Shown here: positions 1-10,026 of the stretch, piece by piece
Layout: each line of letters begins with the position of its first letter
Numbering within the stretch: position 1 is the stretch's first letter
From: Nitrospinales bacterium
GTDB taxonomy: Bacteria > Nitrospinota > Nitrospinia > Nitrospinales > VA-1
DNA: 64,000 nt
Direction: 5' to 3'
NCBI GenBank assembly: GCA_965223795.1
Contig: CBDCXL010000002.1
Span: forward strand, 2,976,001-3,040,000
Made by a program: the position numbers and the translations under genes
Notes under the pieces: generated by a model
Databases searched by the model: none
Told to the model about the DNA's origin: nothing
What the model saw: the letters and a program-made list of their open reading frames with translations, nothing else

Positions 1-142
1 TGACGTAAGCCCCAAGCAGGCCGAGCGTGCCCATGATGAAGATGGCCGCCATGAGAAAATCGGTGGTGATGGCCCAGGTGGCGACGACTAGGTAGATGGG
101 CGCCCACAGGCCGACTATGAAAGGATTGCGGTAAATGTTCAT
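1..142 (-). CDS. Partial hypothetical membrane protein (N-terminus only, runs off the window edge)
   Basis: Manual translation from ATG at 142: MNIYRNPFIVGLWAPIYLVVATWAITTDFLMAAIFIMGTLGLLGAYV..., hydrophobic, open to position 1. Confidence 0.6.
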   Translation of the reverse strand, partial: MNIYRNPFIVGLWAPIYLVVATWAITTDFLMAAIFIMGTLGLLGAYV

Positions 143-180
143 CAATGTGACCGGGTTGATAAAATTGAAAAAGGAAGGAA

Positions 181-254
181 TGGCTCGGGCACAAGGATTC
201 GAACCTCGACTTTCAGGGCCAGAACCTGACGTCCTACCATTAGACGATGCCCGA
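181..254 (-). tRNA. tRNA-Gln (CTG)
   Basis: Reverse complement folds as a cloverleaf: acceptor TCGGGCA/TGCCCGA, anticodon arm TCAGG-TTCTGGC-CCTGA, T loop TTCGAAT, encoded 3' CCA. Confidence 0.97.
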
Positions 255-280
255 GCGCTAATTCCTTTGGATTCAGGTTC

Positions 281-309
281 ATGATAGTTTTATATCTTTT
301 TACTGTCAA
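281..309 (-). promoter_or_regulatory. Sigma70-type promoter of tRNA-Gln
   Basis: Minus strand TTGACA-N17-TATCAT directly upstream of the tRNA. Confidence 0.75.
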
Positions 310-379
310 CCACAATTCATTTGTTAATACGGGTTGCGCTGACAGGATTGTATTTCATGTGCAAAGAGGGTTTTGAGCC

Positions 380-961
380 ATGCGGGTGATCGCGGGCAGC
401 GCCCGAGGGACGCGGCTTACGGGACTGAAGGGCGCGGATGTGCGGCCCACGCTGGACCGGGTGAAGGAATCGTTCTTCAACATGGTGGGTCCGGATCTTT
501 CGGGCCAGTGGTTTCTCGACGGCTTCGCGGGCACCGGGGCGATGGGCATCGAGGCGTTGAGCCGGGGCGCGGACTCCGCGGTGTTCGTGGAAATTCAGCC
601 CAGGGCCGTGGATGTGATCCACGCCAATCTGGAAAAATGCCGTTTCGGGCGTGATGACGATTCGGCGGCGCCGGGCCGCGGGGACGTTTTGAAAATGGGT
701 CTGTTTCAGGCTCTGCCATTGCTGGAGCGGCGGGGGCAGCGTTTCGACATCGTGTACCTCGACCCGCCGTTCGTGCTGGACTGCTACGAACCCTGCCTGC
801 TCACCCTTGCGGCATCGGCCGTTGTGACCGGCGCCACCCAGGTGGTGGTCGAGCATTTCCGCAAAACGGAACTCAAACAAAATTATGGTACACTGATCCG
901 CATTCGGGAAAGACGCGTGGGGGACACCACATTGTCCTTTTTCGCGCGCGATGCGGCCTGA
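380..961 (+). CDS. rsmD: 16S rRNA (guanine966-N2)-methyltransferase
   Basis: MRVIAG..RPTLDRVKE start, LDGFAGTGAMGIEALSRGA, DPPF motif. Confidence 0.93.
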   Translation: MRVIAGSARGTRLTGLKGADVRPTLDRVKESFFNMVGPDLSGQWFLDGFAGTGAMGIEALSRGADSAVFVEIQPRAVDVIHANLEKCRFGRDDDSAAPGRGDVLKMGLFQALPLLERRGQRFDIVYLDPPFVLDCYEPCLLTLAASAVVTGATQVVVEHFRKTELKQNYGTLIRIRERRVGDTTLSFFARDAA

Positions 962-997
962 AGGGCAGGGGCCGTTTGTTTCAATCATTGAGGGATC

Positions 998-2086
998 ATG
1001 CTGCCGGACGCTTCCAGTAAAGAAAAGATCGTCATCGCCATGAGCGGCGGGGTGGACAGCTCCGTCGCGGCGGCCCTGCTCAAGGAGCAGGGTCACGACG
1101 TGATCGGCATCTCGCTGCAGCTTTGGAATTACAGCGCCGAGACGGACGACCGCTTCGGCACCTGCTGCTCGCTGGACGATCTCGCCGACGCCCGCCGGGT
1201 TGCGGACAAGATCGGCATCCCGTTCTACATCCTCAATCTGGAAAAGGAATTCCGCCGCGAGGTGGTGGACACCTTCGTGTCCGAATACATGCAGGGGCGC
1301 ACGCCGATTCCCTGCACGCTGTGCAACCAGAAGCTGAAGTTCGACGAAATGCTGGACCGGGTCGCGGCGTTCGGCTATCAGCGCGTGGCCACGGGGCATT
1401 ACGCCTCCATCGTGCGCGATGCATCGGGAAGGCTCACGGTGCGGCGCGGCCGCGATCGCAACAAGGATCAGAGCTATTTCCTGTTCAGCCTGTCGCAGGC
1501 GCAGCTTGCACGGCTGGAATTCCCGCTGGGGGATCTGGAGAAGCAGGCGGTGCGCGATCGGGCCCGGTCGCTGGATCTCAACGTCGCCGACAAGGACGAA
1601 TCGCACGAGATCTGTTTCATCCCCGACAACAACTACGCCAATTTCATCGAGCAGGAAGTCGACTCCGGCGCCTTTAAAGAAGGCGCGGTGGTGGATTCCG
1701 AAGGCAGGACGCTGGGCACGCACCGCGGTTATCCCGCGTTCACGGTGGGCCAGCGCAAGGGGCTCAACCTCGGCGGGCTCAAGGAACCGTATTTCGTGAC
1801 CAAGATCGACGCCGCAAAAAACCAGATCACCGCCGGGCCGAAGAGGGAACTGTACCGCGACAGCCTGACCGTATCCGATGTGAATGGGTGCCTGCCCGCA
1901 GATACGCCGTTTGAGGCCGAGGTGCAGATCCGCTACCGCCACCGGGGTGCGGCGGCGCGGGTGACGCCGCTTGAGGGCGGCCGGGCGCGGGTCGATTTCG
2001 CCGCTCCGCAGATGGCAGTGGCGCCGGGCCAGGCGGCGGTGTTCTACGTGGACGACTGCGTGGCTGGCGGGGGCTGGATTGAATGA
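998..2086 (+). CDS. mnmA: tRNA-specific 2-thiouridylase
   Basis: AMSGGVDSSV PP-loop, GRTPIPCTLCN, ATGHYA, KDQSYFL, TVGQRKGL, PGQAAVFY. Confidence 0.96.
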   Translation: MLPDASSKEKIVIAMSGGVDSSVAAALLKEQGHDVIGISLQLWNYSAETDDRFGTCCSLDDLADARRVADKIGIPFYILNLEKEFRREVVDTFVSEYMQGRTPIPCTLCNQKLKFDEMLDRVAAFGYQRVATGHYASIVRDASGRLTVRRGRDRNKDQSYFLFSLSQAQLARLEFPLGDLEKQAVRDRARSLDLNVADKDESHEICFIPDNNYANFIEQEVDSGAFKEGAVVDSEGRTLGTHRGYPAFTVGQRKGLNLGGLKEPYFVTKIDAAKNQITAGPKRELYRDSLTVSDVNGCLPADTPFEAEVQIRYRHRGAAARVTPLEGGRARVDFAAPQMAVAPGQAAVFYVDDCVAGGGWIE

Positions 2087-2910
2087 AGGACGCACTGGAT
2101 GTTGCGGTGGAGGCGGCGCTCGCCGCGGGCCGCATCCAGACCGAACGCAGCGGCGACATCGGCAAAATTGAATTCAAGGGCAAGTTCGATGTGGTCACCG
2201 AGGTGGACACCCTGTGCGAGCAGGAGGTGATCCGCACGATCCGCAAGCGCTTTCCCGACCACCAGTTTCTCGCCGAGGAATCCGGCGCCAGCGCGGACGC
2301 GGATTCACCCAGCAAATGGATCATCGATCCTCTCGACGGCACCATCAACTATGCGCACGGGTTTCCTTTCTACTGCGTGTCCATCGGGCTGGAGCACGAA
2401 GGCGAGGTGATCGTGGGCGTGGTGTACTGCCCGCGTATGGACGAGCTGTTCGTGGCGGAAAAAGGCAAAGGCGCGACGCTCAACGGCGAGCCCCTGTCCG
2501 TCTCCACCATCCCCCGGCTCAAGGACAGCCTGCTGGTCACCGGCTTCACGCCGCAGGTGGCGCATTCCAAGGAAAACAATCTCGATCATTTCAGCCATTT
2601 CATGCGCGCCTGTCAGGCATTGAGAAGGCCCGGCTCGGCGGCGATGGACCTGTGCTACACGGCGGCGGGACGGTTCGAGGGTTTCTGGGAGTTGCGGCTG
2701 CACGCCTGGGACGTGGCGGCGGGCAAGCTGATCGTCGAGGAAGCGGGCGGCACCGTCACGCGCCTGAACGGCGAACCGCTCACGGTTTATGACCGCGAGA
2801 TCCTGGCGACCAACGGTCTTGTGCATGAAGAGATGGTGCGCGTGTTTGTGAGCGGCGGCGCGGACGATCCCGCCCGAGTGGAGAAAGCGCGAGCCGACTC
2901 CAAACCCTGA
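2083..2910 (+). CDS. suhB: Inositol monophosphatase family protein
   Basis: DVVTEVD, AEE, WIIDPLDGTINY, WDVAAG..IVEEAGG; ATGA overlap with mnmA. Confidence 0.9.
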   Translation: MKDALDVAVEAALAAGRIQTERSGDIGKIEFKGKFDVVTEVDTLCEQEVIRTIRKRFPDHQFLAEESGASADADSPSKWIIDPLDGTINYAHGFPFYCVSIGLEHEGEVIVGVVYCPRMDELFVAEKGKGATLNGEPLSVSTIPRLKDSLLVTGFTPQVAHSKENNLDHFSHFMRACQALRRPGSAAMDLCYTAAGRFEGFWELRLHAWDVAAGKLIVEEAGGTVTRLNGEPLTVYDREILATNGLVHEEMVRVFVSGGADDPARVEKARADSKP

Positions 2911-2933
2911 TCAAACCCAATCGCAGGATGAAA

Positions 2934-3062
2934 GAGACCTTTGCAGAAGTTATTTTCTGTCATGCTGAGCCTGTCGAAGCATGATTTCCTGGCACCCTTC
3001 GACAAGCTCAGGGTGACGGTAAATAATAAATTTCTTTAGTGCTTTGCCTATTCCTAGGTCTC
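2934..3062. mobile_element. MITE-like element copy 1 (129 bp) with REP-like palindromic core
   Basis: Ends GAGACCTTTGCA...TTCCTAGGTCTC (right end degenerate); core 2959-3017 GTCATGCTGAGCCTGTCGAAG...CTTCGACAAGCTCAGGGTGAC; flanked by TGAAA direct repeat. Confidence 0.65.
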
Positions 3063-3094
3063 TGAAAGTGAGACGCGATCGTTGAGGTGACAGC

Positions 3095-4105
3095 ATGAAG
3101 CAGACCGTGAAGGCGTATGCCGCCAAAGAGGCGAAAGGCAAACTCGAACCGTTCGAGTACACGCTGCCGGAACTGGCTCCGGAACAGGTGGACGTGAAGG
3201 TGGACTATTGCGGCGTGTGCCATTCGGACCTCAGCATGTTGAATAACGACTGGGGCATCAGCCGGTATCCCCTGGTGCCCGGACACGAAGTGGTGGGCAC
3301 GGTGGCCGCGAAAGGCGAGCGCGTGCGCGGCCTGGATGTCGGGGATACGGTGGGACTGGGCTGGTTCACGCAAAGCTGCATGCACTGCGGCCAGTGCGTT
3401 TCGGGCAATCACAACCTGTGCGCCGAGAACGAACAGACCATCGTCGGGCGGCACGGCGGCTTCGCCGATCGTGTGCGCTGCGATGCGGCCTGGGCGGTGC
3501 CGCTTCCCAAAAAGCTGGACGCGTCCAAATGCGGGCCGATGTTCTGCGGCGGCATTACAGTGTTCAACCCCATCGTGCAGATGGGCGTCCGGCCTACGGA
3601 CCGCACCGGCGTGATCGGCATCGGCGGACTCGGGCACCTGGCGCTGCAGTTTCTCAACAAATGGGGCTGCGAGGTCACGGCGTTCACCTCCTCGCCCGAC
3701 AAGGCGGAGGCAGCCAAAAGGCTGGGCGCGCACCACATCGTCAACTCCCGCGACGATCAGGAGATGCAGGCGATCGCCGGTTCGCTCGATTTCATCCTCA
3801 ACACCACCAACGTGAACCTCAACTGGGAAAGCTACTTCAACGCGCTCGGACCGAAAGGGAAGTTCCACACCGTGGGCGTGATCCCCGACCCGATCCCGGT
3901 TCCCGCGTTTCCCATCATGGCCACGCAGAAGTCGATCTCCGGCAGTCCGCTCGGCAGCCCGGCGGTGATCCGGCAGATGCTGGAGTTCTGCGGCCGGCAC
4001 GCGATCGAGCCTGTGACCGAGGAATTCGCGCTGCGCGACGTCAACGACGCGTTCGAGCATCTGGAAGCGGGCAAGGCGCGCTTCCGGCTGGTGCTCAAGG
4101 TTTGA
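3095..4105 (+). CDS. NAD(P)-dependent zinc alcohol dehydrogenase / aldehyde reductase (Ahr/CAD-like)
   Basis: CGVCHSD, PGHEVVG, structural Zn motif CxxCxxC-x7-C, GIGGLG. Confidence 0.92.
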   Translation: MKQTVKAYAAKEAKGKLEPFEYTLPELAPEQVDVKVDYCGVCHSDLSMLNNDWGISRYPLVPGHEVVGTVAAKGERVRGLDVGDTVGLGWFTQSCMHCGQCVSGNHNLCAENEQTIVGRHGGFADRVRCDAAWAVPLPKKLDASKCGPMFCGGITVFNPIVQMGVRPTDRTGVIGIGGLGHLALQFLNKWGCEVTAFTSSPDKAEAAKRLGAHHIVNSRDDQEMQAIAGSLDFILNTTNVNLNWESYFNALGPKGKFHTVGVIPDPIPVPAFPIMATQKSISGSPLGSPAVIRQMLEFCGRHAIEPVTEEFALRDVNDAFEHLEAGKARFRLVLKV

Positions 4106-4224
4106 GCCGCGCACGAAACTGAGTTTGTGCGGCTCGCTTCCTCTCTCCCCATTTCCCGCCTTTTCCTGAAATAAAGCATGGCTTCGTTGAGAGCTTTATC
4201 GCTCTTCCTATAATAATTCGTTTG

Positions 4225-4264
4225 ATAAAACACTTTTAACATAAAAAACTTTTAAAAGTGTTTT
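4225..4264. promoter_or_regulatory. Putative operator: 13-bp perfect inverted repeat overlapping a direct repeat
   Basis: AAAACACTTTTAA (4227-4239) / TTAAAAGTGTTTT (4252-4264); ATAAAA(C/A)ACTTTTAA repeated at 4225 and 4241; AT-rich intergenic DNA. Confidence 0.55.
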
Positions 4265-4370
4265 TATTGTGCTAAGGTCGGGGAAAGTTGCTGGTTTTGG
4301 GAAATCCGTTTTCCCGATGCGAGCAAAATCCATTGAGTTTATGAGCATTCATGTACAGGAGGTGCAAACC

Positions 4371-4919
4371 ATGCCGCCGCTCAAAATTTTTAAGAAAATG
4401 GGTGTTTCCCTGATCTGTCTGTCCATCGTCGCCTGTGTCGGGGCTTCCGGAGCATCCGGACCGAAAGAAGCGGGATTGACTGACGCCAACATCGCAGCGA
4501 TCGTGGTCGGGGCCAACAAAATCGATATTTCCGCCGGGAACATCGCGCTGGAACGCTCGCAGAACGCCAAAGTGAGGGAGTTCGCCCAGCGCATGGTCAC
4601 CGACCATCAGTCGGTGCTGGATTCGGCCGTGCAACTGGTCACGCGGCTGGGGGTCACACCCGTGAACAACGACCTGGTTCACACCCTGTCCAAACAGTCC
4701 GCCGAGCACGAAGCGAACCTCAAGACCCTGTCCGGTGCGGCGTTCGACAAGGCTTACATCGATCACGAGGTGGCGTACCACGAGGCGGTCATCGATGTGG
4801 TCAAAAACCAGTTGATACCGGGCGCGCAGAATGACGAGCTGAAAGAAACGCTCATTTCCGTGGCGCCTGCCTTCGACGCGCACCTCAAGCACGCCAGAAT
4901 GGTTCAGGCGACGCTGTAG
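4371..4919 (+). CDS. DUF4142 family exported ferritin-like protein, possible lipoprotein
   Basis: AGGAGG RBS before ATG 4371; signal peptide with IVAC; FAQRMVTDH, LSGAAFDKAYI..EVAYHE, HL.HA. Confidence 0.8.
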   Translation: MPPLKIFKKMGVSLICLSIVACVGASGASGPKEAGLTDANIAAIVVGANKIDISAGNIALERSQNAKVREFAQRMVTDHQSVLDSAVQLVTRLGVTPVNNDLVHTLSKQSAEHEANLKTLSGAAFDKAYIDHEVAYHEAVIDVVKNQLIPGAQNDELKETLISVAPAFDAHLKHARMVQATL

Positions 4920-4922
4920 CCC

Positions 4923-5300
4923 ATGAATGGATACCAAGGCGTGGCCCGGGGCACCGGGTCATGCCGATTCATTCTGCTTTCGGGTTTGCTGCTGCTGGTG
5001 GCCTGTGCTCAGGGGGGTGCCGTGCCACAAAGGGAAGCGCCGATTCCGAAAACGCATGTGGTCGAAATCAATAAGTTTCGCTTTCACCCGGAAAAAATGA
5101 TGGTGCGCGCGGGGGACACCATTCGCTGGGTTAACAAGGACATCGTTCCGCACCGCGTCGCGCACACGATACGAAGAAAGTGGGAATCGGGAGATTTGAA
5201 GCGGGACGACGTGTTCAGCCAGCGGATTCAGACTTCCACGGCTTATATCTGCACGCTGCATCCGGGCATGCACGGGGAGATCATCGTCGCGGAGGAATAG
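4923..5300 (+). CDS. Cupredoxin (amicyanin/plastocyanin-like blue copper lipoprotein)
   Basis: Lipobox LVAC; GDTIRWVNKDIVPH and YICTLHPGMHG supply His/Cys/His/Met type-1 Cu ligands. Confidence 0.85.
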   Translation: MNGYQGVARGTGSCRFILLSGLLLLVACAQGGAVPQREAPIPKTHVVEINKFRFHPEKMMVRAGDTIRWVNKDIVPHRVAHTIRRKWESGDLKRDDVFSQRIQTSTAYICTLHPGMHGEIIVAEE

Positions 5301-5306
5301 CGTTTT

Positions 5307-5975
5307 TCAGGGAGCGCGGGTCTTTCGCGGCTGCCCTGTCGCGCCGTCCGGACGGACCCGGAACTTGCAGACCTCTCCATCGCGCACCATGCATTCTTCA
5401 TGAACCACTTCCTTGTCGAGAAGCGATTCCAGCAGAGCCGTGTCCAGGTGGCAGACTTCCTCCACTTCTTTGGCGAGGTGATGGTAGATGCAGTTGTGGG
5501 CCTGGATCACGGGCAAGGATCCGTCCTGTTCGGTCACCGTTTCCGCCTTGTAGCCCAGCTCCTGCATGATTCTTGAAACTTCCTGAATTTTTTCGGCAAC
5601 GCTCAGATTCTGGAGTCTGGACTTCACGCTCTGGGCAAGGCTGCGCCCGATTTCGCGCATTTTCGCCTCCAGCCCGGGGCCTCCCAATTCCGTTTTCATG
5701 GATTTGAGCAGCAATTCGGAGAACCAGGAATACTGCTTGGGAAACAGGTCGATGCCTTTTTCACTCAGCACGAACACCTGGCCCGGACGTCCGCCGGTGT
5801 TGGTGAGACTGCCTTTTTCGACGTAGCCAGCCTGTTCGAGGGACAGGGCGTGCTGCTGCACCGCGGTGCGCGTGATGCCCAGTTCCTTTGAAAGCTCGTC
5901 GATCGTCATCCCTTTTTTATGGAACAGCAGGGTCTCCAGAAATTCGTGCTGACGGTTGCCAAACCCGTAAAACAT
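5307..5975 (-). CDS. HTH transcriptional regulator, SufR-like with Cys-rich C-terminus
   Basis: MTIDELSKELGITRTAVQQH HTH, GRP motif, FPKQY, HNC-x12-C...C-x7-C; start moved to ATG 5975 (GAGGT RBS). Confidence 0.8.
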   Translation of the reverse strand: MFYGFGNRQHEFLETLLFHKKGMTIDELSKELGITRTAVQQHALSLEQAGYVEKGSLTNTGGRPGQVFVLSEKGIDLFPKQYSWFSELLLKSMKTELGGPGLEAKMREIGRSLAQSVKSRLQNLSVAEKIQEVSRIMQELGYKAETVTEQDGSLPVIQAHNCIYHHLAKEVEEVCHLDTALLESLLDKEVVHEECMVRDGEVCKFRVRPDGATGQPRKTRAP

Positions 5976-6294
5976 ACCCACCTCACTTCGATGAAAACAG
6001 GATCGCAGTCTTAATAATACCAGTAAATCCGGCCGGTTTCCCGAATATGATAGCGCGTGCACGGCGCATCGCAGGGCGGGCAGCGCGTGAGCGGTATTTT
6101 GTCCCCTTTTTCAGCATTTTTCATGGGTCCGGAGTATCGGCATTTGCGGGAATGCGTGTGCCGGAAGTTGTGCGGGCGGCATCCAGACGGAACCTTGTAC
6201 CCTGGCACGCCGCAGGGGTATTCTGAGACTTCAGCGCAATTCACCCATTCCCCTGTGAACGGCTCTCTCCAATCCCCATATCAAGTGAGGCATC

Positions 6295-7014
6295 ATGGAC
6301 AACAAAAATCAATCCGGCGGTTTCGTTCTCGGCCTGTTTCTGTTTCTCGGTCTCGCGGTGCTCGGGTATCTGCTTAGCGAGGGCGCCATCCGGTTCAAAG
6401 AGTACGAACGCACGGTGCGCGTGAAAGGGCTCTCGGAAAAGGAATACCCCGCCGACATCGTGCTGTGGCCCATCGTGTTCACGGAAGCGGGCAACGATCT
6501 CACCAACCTGTACGCCTCGCTGGAGAAGAACGCCGGCAAGATCCGCGAGTTTCTCAAAAAAGCCGGCATCGAGGATGCGGAGATCACCGTGTCGCCGCCT
6601 TCCATCACCGACAAGCTGGCGCAGCAGTACGGCAACACGCAAAAGGCGAAGTTCCGCTACACGGCGATTCAGGCCATCACCGTGTATTCGAAAAAAGTGG
6701 AGCCGGTGCGCGACATCAACAACCGGCTGACGGAGCTGGGAAAGCAGGGCATCGTGTTCACCGAAGGCGGCTACCGCAACACCACCGAGTACATCTTCAC
6801 GAAGCTGAACGAAGTGAAACCGCAGATGGTCGAGGAGGCCACCACCAAAGCGCGCGAGGTGGCACAGAAATTCGCCAAGGATTCCAACAGCACGCTGGGC
6901 AAGATCAAGCGCGCCACGCAGGGGCAGTTTTCCATCTCGCCGCGCGACCGGCACAACCCGCACATCAAGAAGATCCGCGTGGTCTCGACCGTGGAGTATT
7001 ACCTGTCCGATTGA
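6295..7014 (+). CDS. SIMPL domain protein (DUF541)
   Basis: N-terminal TM, RTVRVKGLSEKE, LGKIKRATQGQFSI, KKIRVVSTVEY. Confidence 0.85.
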   Translation: MDNKNQSGGFVLGLFLFLGLAVLGYLLSEGAIRFKEYERTVRVKGLSEKEYPADIVLWPIVFTEAGNDLTNLYASLEKNAGKIREFLKKAGIEDAEITVSPPSITDKLAQQYGNTQKAKFRYTAIQAITVYSKKVEPVRDINNRLTELGKQGIVFTEGGYRNTTEYIFTKLNEVKPQMVEEATTKAREVAQKFAKDSNSTLGKIKRATQGQFSISPRDRHNPHIKKIRVVSTVEYYLSD

Positions 7015-7024
7015 TTCCCTGGGT

Positions 7025-7843
7025 TCAGTTGAATGCGTCCCCACCCGGTTCGGGTGTGATGCGGTACTCGCTGCCGGGCAGGGGCGGTGCGGGGGAGGCG
7101 GCGTCCATGTCCTCGTGGGCGTGGGAGTGGCTGTCCTCGGGAAAGCCGAACTCGTCCGGGTTCTGCGTGTGCAGGTAGCCGTGCATCTGCATCAGAAAGA
7201 GCAGGGCGCCCGCCAGGATGAGGCCGTTGTTGGAGACCGAGGAAAACTGGAGAAACGATTGGGTGCGCCGGAAGCGGTAGAGCAGGGCGACCATGACGCA
7301 CAGGGCGGCGATCTGTCCCAGCTCGATCCCCAGGTTGAACGAGAGGATGCGCAGCACGATGCCTTCGTCGCCGAGCGGCAGCTGCTGCAGCCGGGTGGAC
7401 AGGCCGAAGCCGTGGATGAAGCCCAAAAGGAAAATCGCCGCCAGCAGGTTGGGGGATTTTTCAAAATATTTACGGAAGCCGCCGAGGTTTTCGAAACCGA
7501 TGTAGCAGACGCTGAGCGCGATGATGGCGTCGATGAGATAGTAGTTGGCGGTGATGCCCATCAGGGTCGCGGCGATGAGGGTGATGCTGTGGCCGATGGT
7601 GAATGCGGTGATGTACTTGACGATGTCTAAGAAAGTGGTGAGAAAGAACACGATGCCGAACACGAACAGCAGGTGGTCGAACCCGGTCAGCATGTGGGTC
7701 GCGCCCAGCCAGATGTACTGGCCGTAGCCGCCTTCCAGCATGGCCTGCTTCTGCGCCTCGGTCATGCCGTGGCCGAACGCCGATTGCGCCCAAAGCAGCA
7801 GGAGCGCCGCGCCTGTCAGTCTGCAAACGAGTTTTGCTTTCAT
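7025..7843 (-). CDS. HupE/UreJ family membrane protein (possible Ni/Co uptake)
   Basis: Signal peptide then HG; HMLTGFDHLLF, FTIGHSITL, IHGFG, FNLGIELGQ; His-rich tail. Confidence 0.85.
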   Translation of the reverse strand: MKAKLVCRLTGAALLLLWAQSAFGHGMTEAQKQAMLEGGYGQYIWLGATHMLTGFDHLLFVFGIVFFLTTFLDIVKYITAFTIGHSITLIAATLMGITANYYLIDAIIALSVCYIGFENLGGFRKYFEKSPNLLAAIFLLGFIHGFGLSTRLQQLPLGDEGIVLRILSFNLGIELGQIAALCVMVALLYRFRRTQSFLQFSSVSNNGLILAGALLFLMQMHGYLHTQNPDEFGFPEDSHSHAHEDMDAASPAPPLPGSEYRITPEPGGDAFN

Positions 7844-7906
7844 GGCGTCCTTTGGGCTGCAACCCTTGTCATGCGGTTTGGATGGCGTCTTTGGATGCCG
7901 GCCGCT

Positions 7907-9826
7907 TCATTCTTTTTGCGGCGGCGGTTTGACGAGATAGGTGTAGCCGTTGAGCCCTTCTTTGTACAGCTTTAAAAAGTCGTCGGCTTCCTGCTGGGTG
8001 ACGACGCCGTCTTTCACGCAGCCGATGAGAAAGCCGGCGATCCTTCCCGCCAGCTCGTCGGCGCGGAACTGCACGTAGTCGAGCACGTCGGTGACGACCT
8101 CGCCTTCGATCACCTGCTCGTAATGGAGGCTGCCGTCCTTGTTGAGGGAAACGTGGAAGGTGTTGGTGTCGCCGAACAGGTTGTGCAGATCGCCGAGGAT
8201 CTCCTGGTAGGCGCCGAGCAAAAAGATGCCGAGCTGGTAGGGCTCGCCGTCTTCCAGCGGGTGCACCTTGAGGGATTTTTCGGTGCCGCGCTGGTTGCCA
8301 ATGAACAGGTCGATGCGTCCGTCGGAATCGCAGGTGATGTCCTCCACAGTGGCGGCGCGCGTGGGTTCTTCGTTCAACCGCTGGATCGGCACCACCGGAA
8401 ACACGTGGTCGATGGCCCAGGAGTCGGGCACCGACTGGAACACGGAAAAGTTGCAGAAATACTTGTCGGCGAGCTGGTGCTTGAGCGATTTGATCTCATC
8501 GGGCAGGAACTTCAGCCGGGTCGCCAGCTTTTCGATCTTGCGGCTGATGCCCCAGAAAATGCGCTCCACCAGCGCACGGTGCTCCAGCGAGATCATGCCG
8601 AGCAGAAAGTGGTTCTGGGCTTCCTCCTTCAGGTGCAAGGCGTCGTGCCAGGACTCGGTCAGGTTCTTGTTGGAGGTGTGGTTCAGCACGTCGTGGATTT
8701 CGTGCACCACGTCGGGAACGTCGTCGGGGATTTCGAGCGTGTCCTGCCATTCGGGAAACGAAGTGACGTCGAGCACGTTGACCACCAGCAGGGAATGGTA
8801 GGCGGTCATCGCGCGCCCGGACTCGGAGATGATGTTGGGGTGCGGCAGGTTTTCGTCCTCGCAGATTTCCATGAGGTGGTAGACCACGTCGTTGGCGTAT
8901 TCCTGCACGGTGTAATTGGTGCTGGAATGAAAAGTGGAGTGGGAGCCGTCGTAGTCCACGCCCAGTCCGCCGCCGACGTCGATGTACTGGATGTTGCAAC
9001 CCTCGCGCATCAGTTCCGAATAATAGCGGCCCGCTTCCTTGAGGCTGTTCTTGATGCGGCGGATGTTGGTGATCTGGCTGCCGAGGTGGAAATGGATGAG
9101 CTGGATGCAGTCGAGGATTTCGTGCTGGCGGGCGATCTTGAGCGCGTCCACCAGCTCCATCGGATTGAGACCGAATTTGGAGTACTCGCCGCCGGACAGC
9201 GCCCAGCGCCCCGAGCCCGCGCTGACCAGCTTGACCCTGAGGCCGATGTTGGGACGCACGCCCACTTCGTTTGCCACGCGCACGATCAGCTCCAGCTCGT
9301 CGAGCTTTTCCACGACGATGAACACGCGCTTGCCCAGTTTCTGGCCCATGAGGGCGAGCCGGACGAAGGCCTCGTCCTTGTAGCCGTTGCAGATGAGCAG
9401 GGCCTCGGGGTTGTCCATGATGGCGAGGATGGCGTGCAGCTCCGGCTTCGAGCCCGCTTCCAGGCCGATGTTGTAGGGGCGGCCGAATTTCACGATTTCC
9501 TCAACCACCTGCCGCTGCTGGTTCACCTTGATGGGATAGACGCCGTGGTATTTGCCTTTGTAGTTGTACTCCTCGATGGCGTTCTTGAACACGGTGGCCA
9601 GGCGGTGGATGCTCGACTTCAGAATATCGGAGAACCTGAGAAGGACCGGCAGGGAGTATCCTTTGGCCTGGATGTCGTCGATCAGGTCCTTGAGGTCGAT
9701 GGCGTGCCGGCTCTTGCGGCTGGGCTTGACGACCATGTGGCCCTTGCCGTTGACGTCAAAATAGCCGGCGCCCCATCCATAGATGTTATAATGTTCCCTC
9801 GATTCTTCGATCGTCCATTTCCGCAT
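7907..9826 (-). CDS. speA: Biosynthetic arginine decarboxylase
   Basis: GVYPIKVNQ, GLEAGSKPEL, HFHLGSQI, DVGGGLGVDYDG, TCDSDG, GAYQEILGDLHNLFG. Confidence 0.96.
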   Translation of the reverse strand: MRKWTIEESREHYNIYGWGAGYFDVNGKGHMVVKPSRKSRHAIDLKDLIDDIQAKGYSLPVLLRFSDILKSSIHRLATVFKNAIEEYNYKGKYHGVYPIKVNQQRQVVEEIVKFGRPYNIGLEAGSKPELHAILAIMDNPEALLICNGYKDEAFVRLALMGQKLGKRVFIVVEKLDELELIVRVANEVGVRPNIGLRVKLVSAGSGRWALSGGEYSKFGLNPMELVDALKIARQHEILDCIQLIHFHLGSQITNIRRIKNSLKEAGRYYSELMREGCNIQYIDVGGGLGVDYDGSHSTFHSSTNYTVQEYANDVVYHLMEICEDENLPHPNIISESGRAMTAYHSLLVVNVLDVTSFPEWQDTLEIPDDVPDVVHEIHDVLNHTSNKNLTESWHDALHLKEEAQNHFLLGMISLEHRALVERIFWGISRKIEKLATRLKFLPDEIKSLKHQLADKYFCNFSVFQSVPDSWAIDHVFPVVPIQRLNEEPTRAATVEDITCDSDGRIDLFIGNQRGTEKSLKVHPLEDGEPYQLGIFLLGAYQEILGDLHNLFGDTNTFHVSLNKDGSLHYEQVIEGEVVTDVLDYVQFRADELAGRIAGFLIGCVKDGVVTQQEADDFLKLYKEGLNGYTYLVKPPPQKE

Positions 9827-10026
9827 TTTCTGGGCTCCGGCGGCGGCCGTGTGTCGGGTGCGCTGAGGAAGGTCGCCTGAATTTCAAGAATCATTAAAAT
9901 CAGCGAAATCACGTTAAAAGTCAAACAAAAATCATTGCGGTGGCAGCAGAATGTTCAACCCGCGGGAAAGCGTCCGCGCCCGCGGGTCGAAGCCGTTGAG
10001 AGCCGCGGTTTTATGGAGAAGCCAGC

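Noticed and set aside
181..254. tRNA-Gln as an integration site
   Set aside because: No duplicated tRNA 3' end or integrase is visible, and the downstream side runs off the window after 180 bp
4234..4261. TTTAACATAA matching the XerD arm of dif
   Set aside because: No XerC arm at the right spacing; it is part of the AT-rich operator-like repeat
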